Shown here piece by piece: positions 48,129 through 57,906 of a DNA stretch of 64,000 nt. Numbering within the stretch: the stretch's first letter is position 1; each line of letters starts with the position of its first letter. Location: assembly GCA_902538705.1 (NCBI GenBank), contig CACBGD010000002.1:15602-79601 (forward strand), read 5' to 3'. Position numbers and translations under genes: made by a program. The notes beneath the pieces were generated by a model. The model saw only the letters and a program-made list of their open reading frames with translations. It was not told the origin of the DNA and ran no database searches. The DNA is from an uncultured SAR86 cluster bacterium (GTDB lineage Bacteria > Pseudomonadota > Gammaproteobacteria > Magnimaribacterales > D2472).

Positions 48129-48464
48129 TTACCCCGGTGGCCACGAGAGTGGTCTTCCAGCCAACAGATGTAAGTGAAGATGAAAGACTGACTGTCCTGC
48201 TTTCGCTCCATTATTGATAACAATTCTAAAAGCATCTTTTGTATCATGATCTTCCGCTATTTTATTGGCTGCTATAAGCAGTTTTCCTAATAGTTCGCTA
48301 TCATTTTCATCTGATAAAGACAGCTGGGGAATTTCTTTTTTGGGGATTATTAAAATATGAATGGGAGCTTGAGGATTAATATCATTAAAAGCTATGCAAA
48401 AATCATCCTCATATAAAATATCTGTCGGTATTTCTTTATCGATAATTTTTTTAAAGATGGTCAT
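48129..48464 (-). CDS. HIT-family nucleoside phosphoramidase (HinT-like)
   Basis: IFKKII..EIP, DINPQAP.H.L, GQSVFHLHLHLLAGR. Confidence 0.93.
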   Translation of the reverse strand: MTIFKKIIDKEIPTDILYEDDFCIAFNDINPQAPIHILIIPKKEIPQLSLSDENDSELLGKLLIAANKIAEDHDTKDAFRIVINNGAKAGQSVFHLHLHLLAGRPLSWPPG

Positions 48465-48466
48465 AC

Positions 48467-48658
48467 TTACATGAAGACTCTCGGCAGAAGCCTTATAGCG
48501 ATATAAAAAATTCCTGCGGTCATAACGAGACCTAGAAAAATTACTAAAAGATCTCTTAAAAATGCCGTTAGCCTTCCATTTCTTTTAGCTTTTACTAAAT
48601 TTATTATAAAAAATGTAATGGCCAAGAGTGATGCGGTAAGTATTAATATTTGAATCAT
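48467..48658 (-). CDS. Hypothetical 2-TM membrane protein (63 aa)
   Basis: Two hydrophobic helices with a basic loop; tight operon spacing (2 and 7 bp). Confidence 0.65.
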   Translation of the reverse strand: MIQILILTASLLAITFFIINLVKAKRNGRLTAFLRDLLVIFLGLVMTAGIFYIAIRLLPRVFM

Positions 48659-48665
48659 AATAAAT

Positions 48666-49169
48666 CTATAAAATTGAGCTTAATCCTGTAGTGAGTATTA
48701 TAAGGCCAAAACCCCATACCGAAATAGCTAAAATAGATGCTCTATAGAATCTCATAAATTCCATACCTGTCATCCCTATTAAAAATGGAACAATAGCCCT
48801 CATGGCAGGAATAAATCTACCTAATACAACTGTAAGTTGACCAAATCTATCAATAAAATTATTTCCTCTCTCAATAATACTCTCTCTTTTTTTAAAAAAC
48901 TTTGTCTCAAGCACAAGCGGACCAAATCTTTTACCTAACACAAAACTGATAACATCGCCCGCATGCGCTCCAATCATAGCTAAAGGAACTATGCTATATA
49001 AATCAAGAAGATTGTTGTTATAAAGAAATACACAGATTGAAAAAAGAATTGCACTTGAGAGAATGCTACCAACGATTACCAACGACTCTGCAAAAGCAAA
49101 GAGAAGAATCAATACATATGAGTATTGTAAATTATTCGATATAAACTCTAAGACGTTATCTAGTGACAT
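48666..49169 (-). CDS. DedA-family membrane protein
   Basis: FAESL, GD.ISF.LG, LGRFIPAMR...PFL.G..GM...RF. Confidence 0.88.
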   Translation of the reverse strand: MSLDNVLEFISNNLQYSYVLILLFAFAESLVIVGSILSSAILFSICVFLYNNNLLDLYSIVPLAMIGAHAGDVISFVLGKRFGPLVLETKFFKKRESIIERGNNFIDRFGQLTVVLGRFIPAMRAIVPFLIGMTGMEFMRFYRASILAISVWGFGLIILTTGLSSIL

Positions 49170-50259
49170 CTAAAGCATCAAGAACATCTTTGAATGAGAC
49201 AATTTTGAAGTTTTGTCTTTTAGTTCTATACCCATCTTTATTAAGACCATCTTGTGCAATCATAATGCCTTCTGGGTACTCTTCACTCAGTTTGTAGTTA
49301 ATTGTTTCTATACCATCTGTATCAGTCACATTGTCTATACTTTTTGAAGAGCCAATTCTAAAACTGGTTATGTAATCATAAGGATAATTTCTATCATAGA
49401 GATTAAACTTACTATCTCCCTGAGAGGATAAAATTAAATAACCTGAATTGTTTGGTGTTTTATATAAAGATACACCCTCTGGGTCACCACCGATTTGGCC
49501 TTCCCTAGAATCGACAATATAGGGCTCAGAAAAATCAAAACTGTCATCGAGTCTATAAGCTTTTAAAACCCCTCTTACCTCTTCTTCTGATATAAAAAGG
49601 GTCCTATTTAGATCATCATAAACACACCCTTCGGATTCTCCACCATTATTGAAAGTTGTTATGAGATCAAGGCCATTCTCAGTTAGGTTCCACACCTCAA
49701 CCCGTGGACCAGTATCTTCTGTTAGAAAAGCAACTAATCCATACTTTGGATCTATTCCAGCACATATACCATATACGATAATATCTGATTTGCCTCTAAA
49801 TGATGGTTTTGATGGAACTTCCCATGAGTTATTTTCAAGTTTTTCTCTTGTTTCATTATCTTCAAATACCCATAAATCGACCGATCCTAACGTTCTATTA
49901 GATGCAAAAAGGAAAGTGAAATCCGAGACATTCTCATCATCTCCAACGTTGATAGTTCTTGTATCAATGTTATTAATATTACCAAGATTTGTATAGCTCA
50001 GTTCTTGCCCTTGAAGGTTATAACTATAAATTCCACTTTTTTTATCAGTACCAAAGATGATTGAATTTGAGGGATTGCTCTTATTTACCCATATTGCAGG
50101 ATCATCTGCAGCATCACCCTTAGTTACAACAGGTGGTGTCTCATAAATTGCCTCAACCTCAGCATAATCTGCCAAAGAATAAGTAGTAAAAAAAAAGGTA
50201 AGTACTATACTTACCTTTTTGAAGCTATGAAAAAGATTAATAAGTGTATGTAAAACCAA
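49156..50259 (-). CDS. Beta-propeller (3-)phytase, secreted
   Basis: DAADDPAIW, GTDKKSG, NNID, SEGCV.DD, DPEG, SSQGD, TDG, QDG..QNFKIV. Start uncertain: TTG 50259 or ATG 50277 rather than 50337. Confidence 0.9.
   Translation of the reverse strand: MVLHTLINLFHSFKKVSIVLTFFFTTYSLADYAEVEAIYETPPVVTKGDAADDPAIWVNKSNPSNSIIFGTDKKSGIYSYNLQGQELSYTNLGNINNIDTRTINVGDDENVSDFTFLFASNRTLGSVDLWVFEDNETREKLENNSWEVPSKPSFRGKSDIIVYGICAGIDPKYGLVAFLTEDTGPRVEVWNLTENGLDLITTFNNGGESEGCVYDDLNRTLFISEEEVRGVLKAYRLDDSFDFSEPYIVDSREGQIGGDPEGVSLYKTPNNSGYLILSSQGDSKFNLYDRNYPYDYITSFRIGSSKSIDNVTDTDGIETINYKLSEEYPEGIMIAQDGLNKDGYRTKRQNFKIVSFKDVLDALDVTR
50188..50220 (-). terminator. Terminator-like hairpin after the TBDR, inside the phytase 5' coding region
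   Basis: Perfect 13-bp inverted repeat AAAAAGGTAAGTA-(3 nt)-TACTTACCTTTTT ending in a 9-T run on the minus strand. Confidence 0.6.
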
Positions 50260-52759
50260 TTGTTGCGCTTGTTCCATATTCATCATATTGCGATAACCTC
50301 GATGTATTTCCCCAGTAATAAAATTCTGGTTCATCATTTATGTTAATTAAATCAAATTTAAGAGTTAGATTATCATTCAAGTAGTACTTAGCTGTAAAGT
50401 CTATTTGAGAATGATCGTCAGTAAATCTGATATTGTCATAATTTAAATCTTCTACAGTAGTTTCAATATCATCATCAGCAAGGTAATCTAAGTAATCACT
50501 TCTTTGAGCCAATGAAAGTCTTATATCTAGTTTTCCCTTGTCATAACCAATTGATATATTACTTGTGCTATCAGCAAGCTTTCTAAAGGGAACAGTAAAC
50601 ACACCATTGTCACTAGGTATATCACTTTCTGCGTCAACTTTAGTCATATTGACTGAAATAAATAAACCATCAAATGGTTCAGGAAGATCTTCAAACTCCC
50701 TAAATAAATTAAATTCAATTCCATCAACTGTTGACTCATCACTGTTAACAAATGTTAATAATTCGCTAAAGTTATACCCCGCAACGACACCTTGTGTTAG
50801 TTGAGGATAAATAGCGTTATCAATATCTTTTCTGAAAAAGCCTAATGATATTGCACCATTGTCATTATATCTTTCAATGCTAATATCTAGATTTGTAGCT
50901 TCATATGGTTCTAAGTCTGGATTACCCATTTCTCCTTCATAAGTGCCATCTGATTCCAGCGAAATATCTGCTACAGGAGCAGATTGACCAAATCCAGGTC
51001 TAGATAAAGCACGCCAAACTGCACCACGGACTATTGTATTGTCATCAACAAAGTATTTTACGTTTACACTTGGTGAAACAAATGTGTAATCTTTAGATCC
51101 ATTAATAATATCGTTAGGATCACCATCATTGTATCCAACTGTAGTAAATGAAGTATCCTCCACCCTTAAACCTGCAATTACAATTGCATTATCAAATTCC
51201 ATTGTGCCCATTCCATATAGTGCAAAGATATCTTCTTCAGAAACATAGTCATCACCATAATCACTTGTTCCATAAGGGCCAAAGGTGCCCTGAAGAGCAA
51301 AAATTGTTGCAGGATCTGCCATAGGACCAAAACCAGTTGGCCAGGGCCAGTTAACTGGTGAAGTGTTTACATTAAAATCTGATTGAACAGCATCAGGCTC
51401 CCAGCTATAACCCTCAACATTCTTTTCTTTTTCTCGAGTGCTATATTTGAGGCCCCATTTTAGAGTTGTTGGGACATCAGAAACCATAAAACCTTCTTTC
51501 ATAAAGTCAACCTTAAATGATGAGACTCTATCTTCAATAACGGAATCTTCCTCTTCAATCTCATCTACTCCCATATTTGATGGATCATAAATACCCTGAG
51601 CACCATTAGTTAGCGTCATAAGTGGTTTTTTAGGATCTGAGTAATCAAAATATCCACAAGGTCCTCCGCAATCATCTGCATCAAAGGTACTACTTCTAAA
51701 CTTTGCATCAACATTATCTGTATCATCCTCTTCAGCAAAAGAATTAGTATATGCAAACTCTGCGTCCCAACCGTTGACTATTGTGTTACCACCAAGAATA
51801 AATGTTCTGATTGTTCTAACTTCCTGCCTAACTCTTGTTTCTGCATCTCTTCTTATTTCTGTAATAGTACTTCCTGAAGCAGTAACATCAGTTTGATCAT
51901 CTCTCATTTTGTACTCATCCTTATATCTGAGCTCATCATCAATATACTCATTCCAAAGAATGTTTGCGAACATAGAAGTTTCATCATCGATCATAAAGTC
52001 AATGTCATATGTTAAGCCTAGTCTTTCTCTGGTTAAATCATAATATCTGCTTTCAAAATCATCACCTATTGCGAAGTTTCCATTATCAAAGAGGTCCCAG
52101 CCAGGAAATCCTGTTTCATTGTTATAAGTAATTATTTGTTTCTCAGATGAAGTAAATCCAATTATATGTCCAACATTTTCACTAATCATATCTCCGTAGG
52201 TAATGGAAACTTTAGGATTATTACTGTTTGAAGTTTGTTCATTCCATAGAGTGTTTGCTTTTAACTTAAAATAAGTACCATCTAGATCTAAAGCACTTTT
52301 AGTATTAAACTCAACTCTTCCACCAATGGAATCAGAGTCTTGGTCAGGAGTAAGAGATTTGTATACTTCAATAGAATCTAGAAGTTCTGTTGGTAGACCG
52401 TCAAGCATTACTTTTCTTCCACCTTCTGGTGCAGGAACAGTTGCGCCATTAACAGCAATGGTGTTTAAATCTCCTGAAAGACCTCTTATAGTTACATACC
52501 GGCCCTCCCCTTGATCGTTTTCAACTGAAATACCAGAGATTCTTCTTAAGGCCTCTGCTGCAGTAGTATCTGGAAATTCACCTAATGCATCTGAATCTAC
52601 AACTGACACAATCTGGTTAGATTCTCTTTGCTTTTCTATAGCAGAGATAATGCTAGCTTTTGTTCCAACTACAATCAATTCCTCAACATTTTCTGAATCT
52701 TCTTGAGAAAATGCAAAAGGGACGATAAAAATTAATAGAAATAGATATATATTTTTCAT
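50237..52759 (-). CDS. TonB-dependent receptor (phytase-associated)
   Basis: Signal peptide from ATG 52759, TonB box EELIVVG, plug AEALRRISG..DQGEGRYVTIRG, GNPDLEP, C-terminal aromatic GFTYTY. Confidence 0.93.
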   Translation of the reverse strand: MKNIYLFLLIFIVPFAFSQEDSENVEELIVVGTKASIISAIEKQRESNQIVSVVDSDALGEFPDTTAAEALRRISGISVENDQGEGRYVTIRGLSGDLNTIAVNGATVPAPEGGRKVMLDGLPTELLDSIEVYKSLTPDQDSDSIGGRVEFNTKSALDLDGTYFKLKANTLWNEQTSNSNNPKVSITYGDMISENVGHIIGFTSSEKQIITYNNETGFPGWDLFDNGNFAIGDDFESRYYDLTRERLGLTYDIDFMIDDETSMFANILWNEYIDDELRYKDEYKMRDDQTDVTASGSTITEIRRDAETRVRQEVRTIRTFILGGNTIVNGWDAEFAYTNSFAEEDDTDNVDAKFRSSTFDADDCGGPCGYFDYSDPKKPLMTLTNGAQGIYDPSNMGVDEIEEEDSVIEDRVSSFKVDFMKEGFMVSDVPTTLKWGLKYSTREKEKNVEGYSWEPDAVQSDFNVNTSPVNWPWPTGFGPMADPATIFALQGTFGPYGTSDYGDDYVSEEDIFALYGMGTMEFDNAIVIAGLRVEDTSFTTVGYNDGDPNDIINGSKDYTFVSPSVNVKYFVDDNTIVRGAVWRALSRPGFGQSAPVADISLESDGTYEGEMGNPDLEPYEATNLDISIERYNDNGAISLGFFRKDIDNAIYPQLTQGVVAGYNFSELLTFVNSDESTVDGIEFNLFREFEDLPEPFDGLFISVNMTKVDAESDIPSDNGVFTVPFRKLADSTSNISIGYDKGKLDIRLSLAQRSDYLDYLADDDIETTVEDLNYDNIRFTDDHSQIDFTAKYYLNDNLTLKFDLININDEPEFYYWGNTSRLSQYDEYGTSATIGFTYTY

Positions 52760-52789
52760 AAGCTTATTTAATAACTGATAATGTTTAAA

Positions 52790-52823
52790 AATATACATTT
52801 AGATTGTTACAGAGGTGTTACAT
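52790..52823 (-). promoter_or_regulatory. Pho box plus -10 element (PhoB-type promoter) of the TBDR-phytase operon
   Basis: ATGTAAC-ACCT-CTGTAAC (11-bp period, 52823-52806), then exactly 10 nt, then TATATT. Additional CTGTCAC half-site at 52855-52849. Confidence 0.75.
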
Positions 52824-52900
52824 TTATCAAACAAAGTGTTGAGATTGTGTGACAGTGAGTTTCTATGAAGAAGAGAATTTTTTTGTAATAATATACTAAA

Positions 52901-52914
52901 TAAACATATGTCTA
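52901..52914. promoter_or_regulatory. Candidate TetR operator
   Basis: TAAACAT|ATGTCTA imperfect palindrome just after TATACT (52892-52897) and before the TetR ATG. Confidence 0.35.
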
Positions 52915-52921
52915 ATAATTT

Positions 52922-53506
52922 ATGATCGCAAAACAAAAGAGAAGCAGAGATAGAGTTAAAATTATTATTAAAACTGCAAGAGAGATTCTCAAAGATGGTG
53001 ATGTTTCTGATATCACAATTGCTAAGGTTTCTGAGTTATCTGAACTTAAAAGAACATCAACATATAAGTTTTTTCCAACCCCTGATCATATAAAAATTTA
53101 TTTATTAAACGAACTCATTCATGAATGTTCAACATTCATGAAATCAAATATTAAAACCCATAACGATGCTAACCTTCAGAGCGTTCTTGATGAAGTTGTA
53201 ACAATTCTTATAAATTATTTTGACAGTTCAGTGCCAGCAAAAAAACTTATTCTTCAAAGCTCCATAATTAACTCTGATTTGGAGTCTTTGATGTCTTTGT
53301 CAGAGCAAGTGAATAAATATGTTTCATTAAATATAGATCTTCCGTCTATGTTTAATGAAAAAGGTGTTTTTCTTGTGCTTACACAAATAATCATTTCTAT
53401 ACTTTCACTAAATTATAAAATGGATAATGAGTTAAATAATGTTGGAAAAAGTGAGGCTATTAGGGCTTCTACATCTTATTTAATTGCATGCACTGCAAAA
53501 GAGTAA
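52922..53506 (+). CDS. TetR/AcrR-family transcriptional regulator
   Basis: KQKRSRDRVKII..AREIL, HTH ITIAKVSELSELKRTSTYKFFP. Confidence 0.82.
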   Translation: MIAKQKRSRDRVKIIIKTAREILKDGDVSDITIAKVSELSELKRTSTYKFFPTPDHIKIYLLNELIHECSTFMKSNIKTHNDANLQSVLDEVVTILINYFDSSVPAKKLILQSSIINSDLESLMSLSEQVNKYVSLNIDLPSMFNEKGVFLVLTQIIISILSLNYKMDNELNNVGKSEAIRASTSYLIACTAKE

Positions 53507-53507
53507 G

Positions 53508-54776
53508 TTAAGTTATTAAAATAAATCTTAATATTAAATAAAATACAATTGTAAAAATTGCTCCTATTGGGATGGTAATTATCCACGACATGAAGATCTT
53601 TAGAATTTGTTTTAAATCTAGAGCCTTTACACTATTTACAAGTCCAACACCTATAACAGCTCCAACAAGAGTATGCGTTGTTGATATTGGAAATCCCATA
53701 TAGCTTGCTAAAACTACAGTAGTGGATGTTGCCATGTTTGCAGAGAACCCCAGTGATGGTGTTAGTTTTGTGATCTTCTCTCCAACAGTTTTGATTACCT
53801 TATGTCCCAAAGTAGCAAGTCCAAAAACGATACCAAAAGCACCTAAGAAAAGAATCCATGATGGTGATGAAGAGGTCGTATCAATTAAACCATCAGATTG
53901 AACAACATTTACAATTGCTGCAAGCGGGCCAATTGCATTTGCAACATCATTTGAACCATGAGCAAATGCCATACTGCATGCAGTAATAATCATTAGAATA
54001 CCAAAAGCACCTTCTACACCCCCTAACCCATATTTATTTTCTGATCTAAGAGATTCTTTATTCATACGCAAGAAAATTGCCGTTACAACAGAAACAAAAA
54101 TACTTATAATTACCGAGTAAGTTAGTACCTCGCTATCACTCCAAACTAAGCCGACATACTTAAGACCTTTTTTTGTAGTAACTAGGCAAATGACTAAAGT
54201 CACCAAAAATGAATATATTGGAATAATGTTTACTGCTGCATTTAACTGATTTTCTTTTTCAAGGACTAATTTCTTTGCAGAAAGATATATAAAGAAAGCA
54301 AGAAAGCCAGATATTAAAGGAGAAGTAACCCAACTGCTAGCTATCTCTAATATTTTATCCCATGATACAGAAGAAGCACCTTTTGAGATTAGTGCAAATC
54401 CCACAATCGCCCCAACGATTGAATGAGTCGTAGATACAGGCCATCCCCTACTAGAAGCGAGTAGAAGCCATAATCCTGCAGCTAAAAGACAAGACATCAT
54501 ACCCAAAATAAATATATCAGGATCATCTTGAAATATTTTAGGATCTACTATTCCCTTTCTGATAGTGGAGGTGACTTCACCTCCTGCCAGATAAGCTCCA
54601 AGAAATTCAAAAATAGCAGCAATAATAACTGCTTGTTTAAGTGTTATAGCTTTACTTCCAACTGAAGTTCCCATTGCATTAGCAACATCGTTGGCTCCAA
54701 TACCCCAAGCCATAAATAAACCAAGAGCGGATGCAGTAGCAAGAATTAATATAGGTGAGTCAAAAAAGAAATCCAT
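53508..54776 (-). CDS. Inorganic phosphate transporter (PiT family)
   Basis: GANDVANAMGTSVGS, PVSTTHS, HGSNDVANAIGP, PISTTHTLVG. Confidence 0.94.
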   Translation of the reverse strand: MDFFFDSPILILATASALGLFMAWGIGANDVANAMGTSVGSKAITLKQAVIIAAIFEFLGAYLAGGEVTSTIRKGIVDPKIFQDDPDIFILGMMSCLLAAGLWLLLASSRGWPVSTTHSIVGAIVGFALISKGASSVSWDKILEIASSWVTSPLISGFLAFFIYLSAKKLVLEKENQLNAAVNIIPIYSFLVTLVICLVTTKKGLKYVGLVWSDSEVLTYSVIISIFVSVVTAIFLRMNKESLRSENKYGLGGVEGAFGILMIITACSMAFAHGSNDVANAIGPLAAIVNVVQSDGLIDTTSSSPSWILFLGAFGIVFGLATLGHKVIKTVGEKITKLTPSLGFSANMATSTTVVLASYMGFPISTTHTLVGAVIGVGLVNSVKALDLKQILKIFMSWIITIPIGAIFTIVFYLILRFILIT

Positions 54777-54807
54777 TTATTTATAAAAACCAAACTATAC
54801 ACCAGAA

Positions 54808-55263
54808 TTAAAAATTTATGCTAATTTGATAACTCCCATTGATAGATTTTTCTATTTTTATGTCATAAGGATTTTTATTGAAAAAAAGAGAGAGCTCATT
54901 TACAACATCGGTTAGCAAATCTAATCTAGAAATTGTAAAGGTAAGATTTTCCTTACCATTGATATTCCTAAGCTCGACGCTTTCTTGATTAAGTAATTTT
55001 AGCTTCTCATTACTTGAAATATGTTCATAAATACTCACACCAGAAAGTTTAATGTTCTGACTTTCAATATTTGCAGAAATAATATTTGCTTTCTCAAGCA
55101 CATAGAGATAATCAGTTTCAGTACTTTTATGGATTCTTTTAACATTCCTTAAATCTGAAGATACAGAATTAATTAAAAAAGAAATTAAAAGGATGCCTAA
55201 AAGTCCAAGAGACAAAAGTACTAGCTTTTTTTCTCTTTCGTTTAAGTTTCTATAAAAATCCAT
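54808..55263 (-). CDS. gspM: Type II secretion protein M
   Basis: LNEREKKLV followed by a single TM helix; position after gspL. Confidence 0.75.
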   Translation of the reverse strand: MDFYRNLNEREKKLVLLSLGLLGILLISFLINSVSSDLRNVKRIHKSTETDYLYVLEKANIISANIESQNIKLSGVSIYEHISSNEKLKLLNQESVELRNINGKENLTFTISRLDLLTDVVNELSLFFNKNPYDIKIEKSINGSYQISINF

Positions 55264-56369
55264 TATGAATACCTGAATGTAAGTTTCCCTGAGACTTTAT
55301 TACCATTCTCGTTAATTTCCTCATTAATAAGTACCACACCAAAGTTGGTAAATAAACTTTTCGCCAGATTAAACTGAGAAGCAGGCATATCATCAATTTC
55401 AATAACAAGTTGTTGGGTTTCAATTACAATCTGAGTAGATTTAACATAATCTAAATTGAATCTATCAATATACTTGAAGTATGAATTATCAAAATTATAT
55501 CTTTCAATAGATTGCGTTTGTTGATTTGCAAGAAGTTGATCAATCTGTGCACGAGCGTTAATCACTCTATTAAAGCTTGGATTGAGCGTTTTAAAAATTA
55601 TAAGAGTCTCCTTTTTATAATTATCTATTTGACTTTGAAGGATATTTTTTTGGATAAAAGGAAAACTAACCATCATTAAAAATATTGCAGACAGAGCTAT
55701 AACATCTCTTTTAGTTATCATCAATTTGTTTAAAACATTTGCAATAGTCGGCCTAAATTTAAAGAAATTAATACTAGAGTCATTTGATGCAAGAAATTGT
55801 TCTTGCAACTCCTCTAAATCTCCTGATTTTTCTTCAAGATCGTCCATAGCTATAGACTCTAAAAAGGAATCAGAGTGTTCTTTTGGTATGGAGAATCCTC
55901 TACCGTCTAAAAGCTTAATTAATGATTTATGTTTGGTATTTACGGAAACATTATTATCTGTTTCAACAATTAAGAAATATTCTGGAATTAAAAAGATTTT
56001 ATTATTAAGTTTACTTAGCTCATTCTGAATATCTTCATAATATTCCTTATCAATGAGAAAAACTAAATCATTGTTATTTTCTGAGAAAGAGAAAAATTCC
56101 TGGTTAGAAATATCATTTACAAGAATATCTTCTTTATCTGCAAAGAACCTTGCTTCATATTTTTCTTTTGCTTCGCCTTCTTCTTTTTTAAAGTTGAACG
56201 TTGAAATCTTTGAGCTATCTAAAAGAAGATAAATTATTGAAGCAGGATCGATATTATTTTTTAAATCACTTAAAGATATTTCTTCTTCCTTAATCTTTTT
56301 ATTACCTTCAAAGCAAACTGAATTAAACTTCTTTGAAGAAAAATTTGTTGAAATAATATATTGCTTCAT
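55263..56369 (-). CDS. gspL: Type II secretion protein L
   Basis: Cytoplasmic domain, single TM, F..LNP...RVINARAQ; position after gspK. Confidence 0.75.
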   Translation of the reverse strand: MKQYIISTNFSSKKFNSVCFEGNKKIKEEEISLSDLKNNIDPASIIYLLLDSSKISTFNFKKEEGEAKEKYEARFFADKEDILVNDISNQEFFSFSENNNDLVFLIDKEYYEDIQNELSKLNNKIFLIPEYFLIVETDNNVSVNTKHKSLIKLLDGRGFSIPKEHSDSFLESIAMDDLEEKSGDLEELQEQFLASNDSSINFFKFRPTIANVLNKLMITKRDVIALSAIFLMMVSFPFIQKNILQSQIDNYKKETLIIFKTLNPSFNRVINARAQIDQLLANQQTQSIERYNFDNSYFKYIDRFNLDYVKSTQIVIETQQLVIEIDDMPASQFNLAKSLFTNFGVVLINEEINENGNKVSGKLTFRYS

Positions 56370-57332
56370 CTAGTTATTATATGTTCTTGTTGTAATAGTA
56401 GCTCTTCCCTTCTCTATTGTAATTAAAGATTTACTTTTGAAAGTATAATTTTCATAAATCGTATCAGACATTAAATAAAAACTTTCTGTATTAGTTGAAA
56501 AATTATTCATGCTTTTATCAGGCAAGTAGTTTGTAAATGCATCTTTAAATTCTTCAATGGTTTTGAATCCATCAATAGGGTTATTCATGATCAAATATTC
56601 TGCATCATCTATTGATATACCCAAATAAGATGCAAGAACAAGAGCGTCTTCTAACTCAAGTGTATTTACATTTATATTTGTTTTTTCAGAATATGGAATA
56701 ACGCATATGTATTTCTTCAGTTCATTTAAATCAAACTCTCTTGAAGCTGGTAAGTTATTTAATTCTGAGAAATCATAAAGAGTTCTTTTGGATGTATATT
56801 GTCTTGGTTCATTTATAGGGCCTGTATAAAAATAATCTTCATAACCGTTTGATCTTGGCTGATCATCATAATCAACCCAATCAATTATTTGGTCAATTAA
56901 TGAATCAATTTGTCTATCTTCATAATTAAGAAATATCAACATGTTACTCAAGACAGAGATAGATCTATTATTAGGAAGCTTGTTATTTTCAGCAGAAATT
57001 AATAACGAGTTTAAGTTAAAGCAATTTGATGTATCCACTAATCTGGAGCGAATGAGGAATCCATTACTTTCAAAAAATATTTCATCCTTTAATAATTGAT
57101 CATCTTTTGTAAGATATCCTTGGTTATATCTTAAATTTTGATCGATGAGATCTATGCCAAGACTTTCCATATTTCTTTGAAGCTGGATCGATGTTGATTG
57201 AAATTCAATATATGTTGACCTTTTAATAGATTTAAAAAATATTTCACCGAGAGATACACTTATTCCAGAAAGAATAAGTACAATCAGTAGCACTGAGATT
57301 AACACTACTCCTCTTTTATTATCTGTATACAT
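56370..57332 (-). CDS. gspK: Type II secretion minor pseudopilin K
   Basis: RG/VVLISVL (no Glu5), CFNLNSL, IIDWVDYD, NINVNT. Confidence 0.9.
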   Translation of the reverse strand: MYTDNKRGVVLISVLLIVLILSGISVSLGEIFFKSIKRSTYIEFQSTSIQLQRNMESLGIDLIDQNLRYNQGYLTKDDQLLKDEIFFESNGFLIRSRLVDTSNCFNLNSLLISAENNKLPNNRSISVLSNMLIFLNYEDRQIDSLIDQIIDWVDYDDQPRSNGYEDYFYTGPINEPRQYTSKRTLYDFSELNNLPASREFDLNELKKYICVIPYSEKTNINVNTLELEDALVLASYLGISIDDAEYLIMNNPIDGFKTIEEFKDAFTNYLPDKSMNNFSTNTESFYLMSDTIYENYTFKSKSLITIEKGRATITTRTYNN

Positions 57333-57906
57333 AATCTATGTTTGGATTAATAATTATTTCAAAATCTCTGTCCTTATCGTTTATCTTAATTTTCACAAGT
57401 TTTGGAATCTTGTATGCTGCAGTTTGCCCAGCGGGCCACTCCGTGAACCATCTATTGTCGGATAAAAAAGATATTTCGATATCTTCAATATTTTTGAAAA
57501 TAACTGAATCTATATGATCATCGTAGTCATAAGGATCTGCTGTGAAGTAAACTCTTCTAATAAATTTTGTATCATCGAATAAATATTCAATTCTTGAGAT
57601 GGACGATCTTGAACTATCAATTCTATTAATAAAACCAAGGAAAGTAATTTTCTTGTCTGTATTGCTCCCTATAAAATTTGGTAGCTGATTCCCGAAGTTA
57701 TCTCGCATGGGTAAATTCACTGCTGACATAAGATCTCTTCTTATCGTGCTCACTCCTAAGTTAAATACTTTTATATCATCTACTTTTGATTTGCTTTGAT
57801 TCCTTAAATCAATTGATGATTGAAGAAAGTTAGTAGAAACAATCGCAATTATTGAAAGAATAACTAAAGATATTAATACTTCTATTAGTGTGAAACCTTT
57901 TTTCAT
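57319..57906 (-). CDS. gspJ: Type II secretion minor pseudopilin J
   Basis: KG/FTLIEVL prepilin site, IRRDL, WP..IPKLVKI. Confidence 0.9.
   Translation of the reverse strand: MKKGFTLIEVLISLVILSIIAIVSTNFLQSSIDLRNQSKSKVDDIKVFNLGVSTIRRDLMSAVNLPMRDNFGNQLPNFIGSNTDKKITFLGFINRIDSSRSSISRIEYLFDDTKFIRRVYFTADPYDYDDHIDSVIFKNIEDIEISFLSDNRWFTEWPAGQTAAYKIPKLVKIKINDKDRDFEIIINPNIDYVYR

Noticed and set aside
50278-50337. N-terminal extension of the phytase ORF in the track (start 50337)
   Set aside because: It overlaps the TBDR by about 100 bp and pushes the signal peptide too far from the N-terminus; a later start is more plausible.
52760-52798. TBDR start at 52798
   Set aside because: It overlaps the predicted -10 element; the ATG at 52759 gives a clean signal peptide.
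44666-54776. tRNA-Arg as the integration site of a phosphorus genomic island
   Set aside because: No integrase or transposase, no duplicated tRNA 3' end found by eye, and no obvious composition shift.
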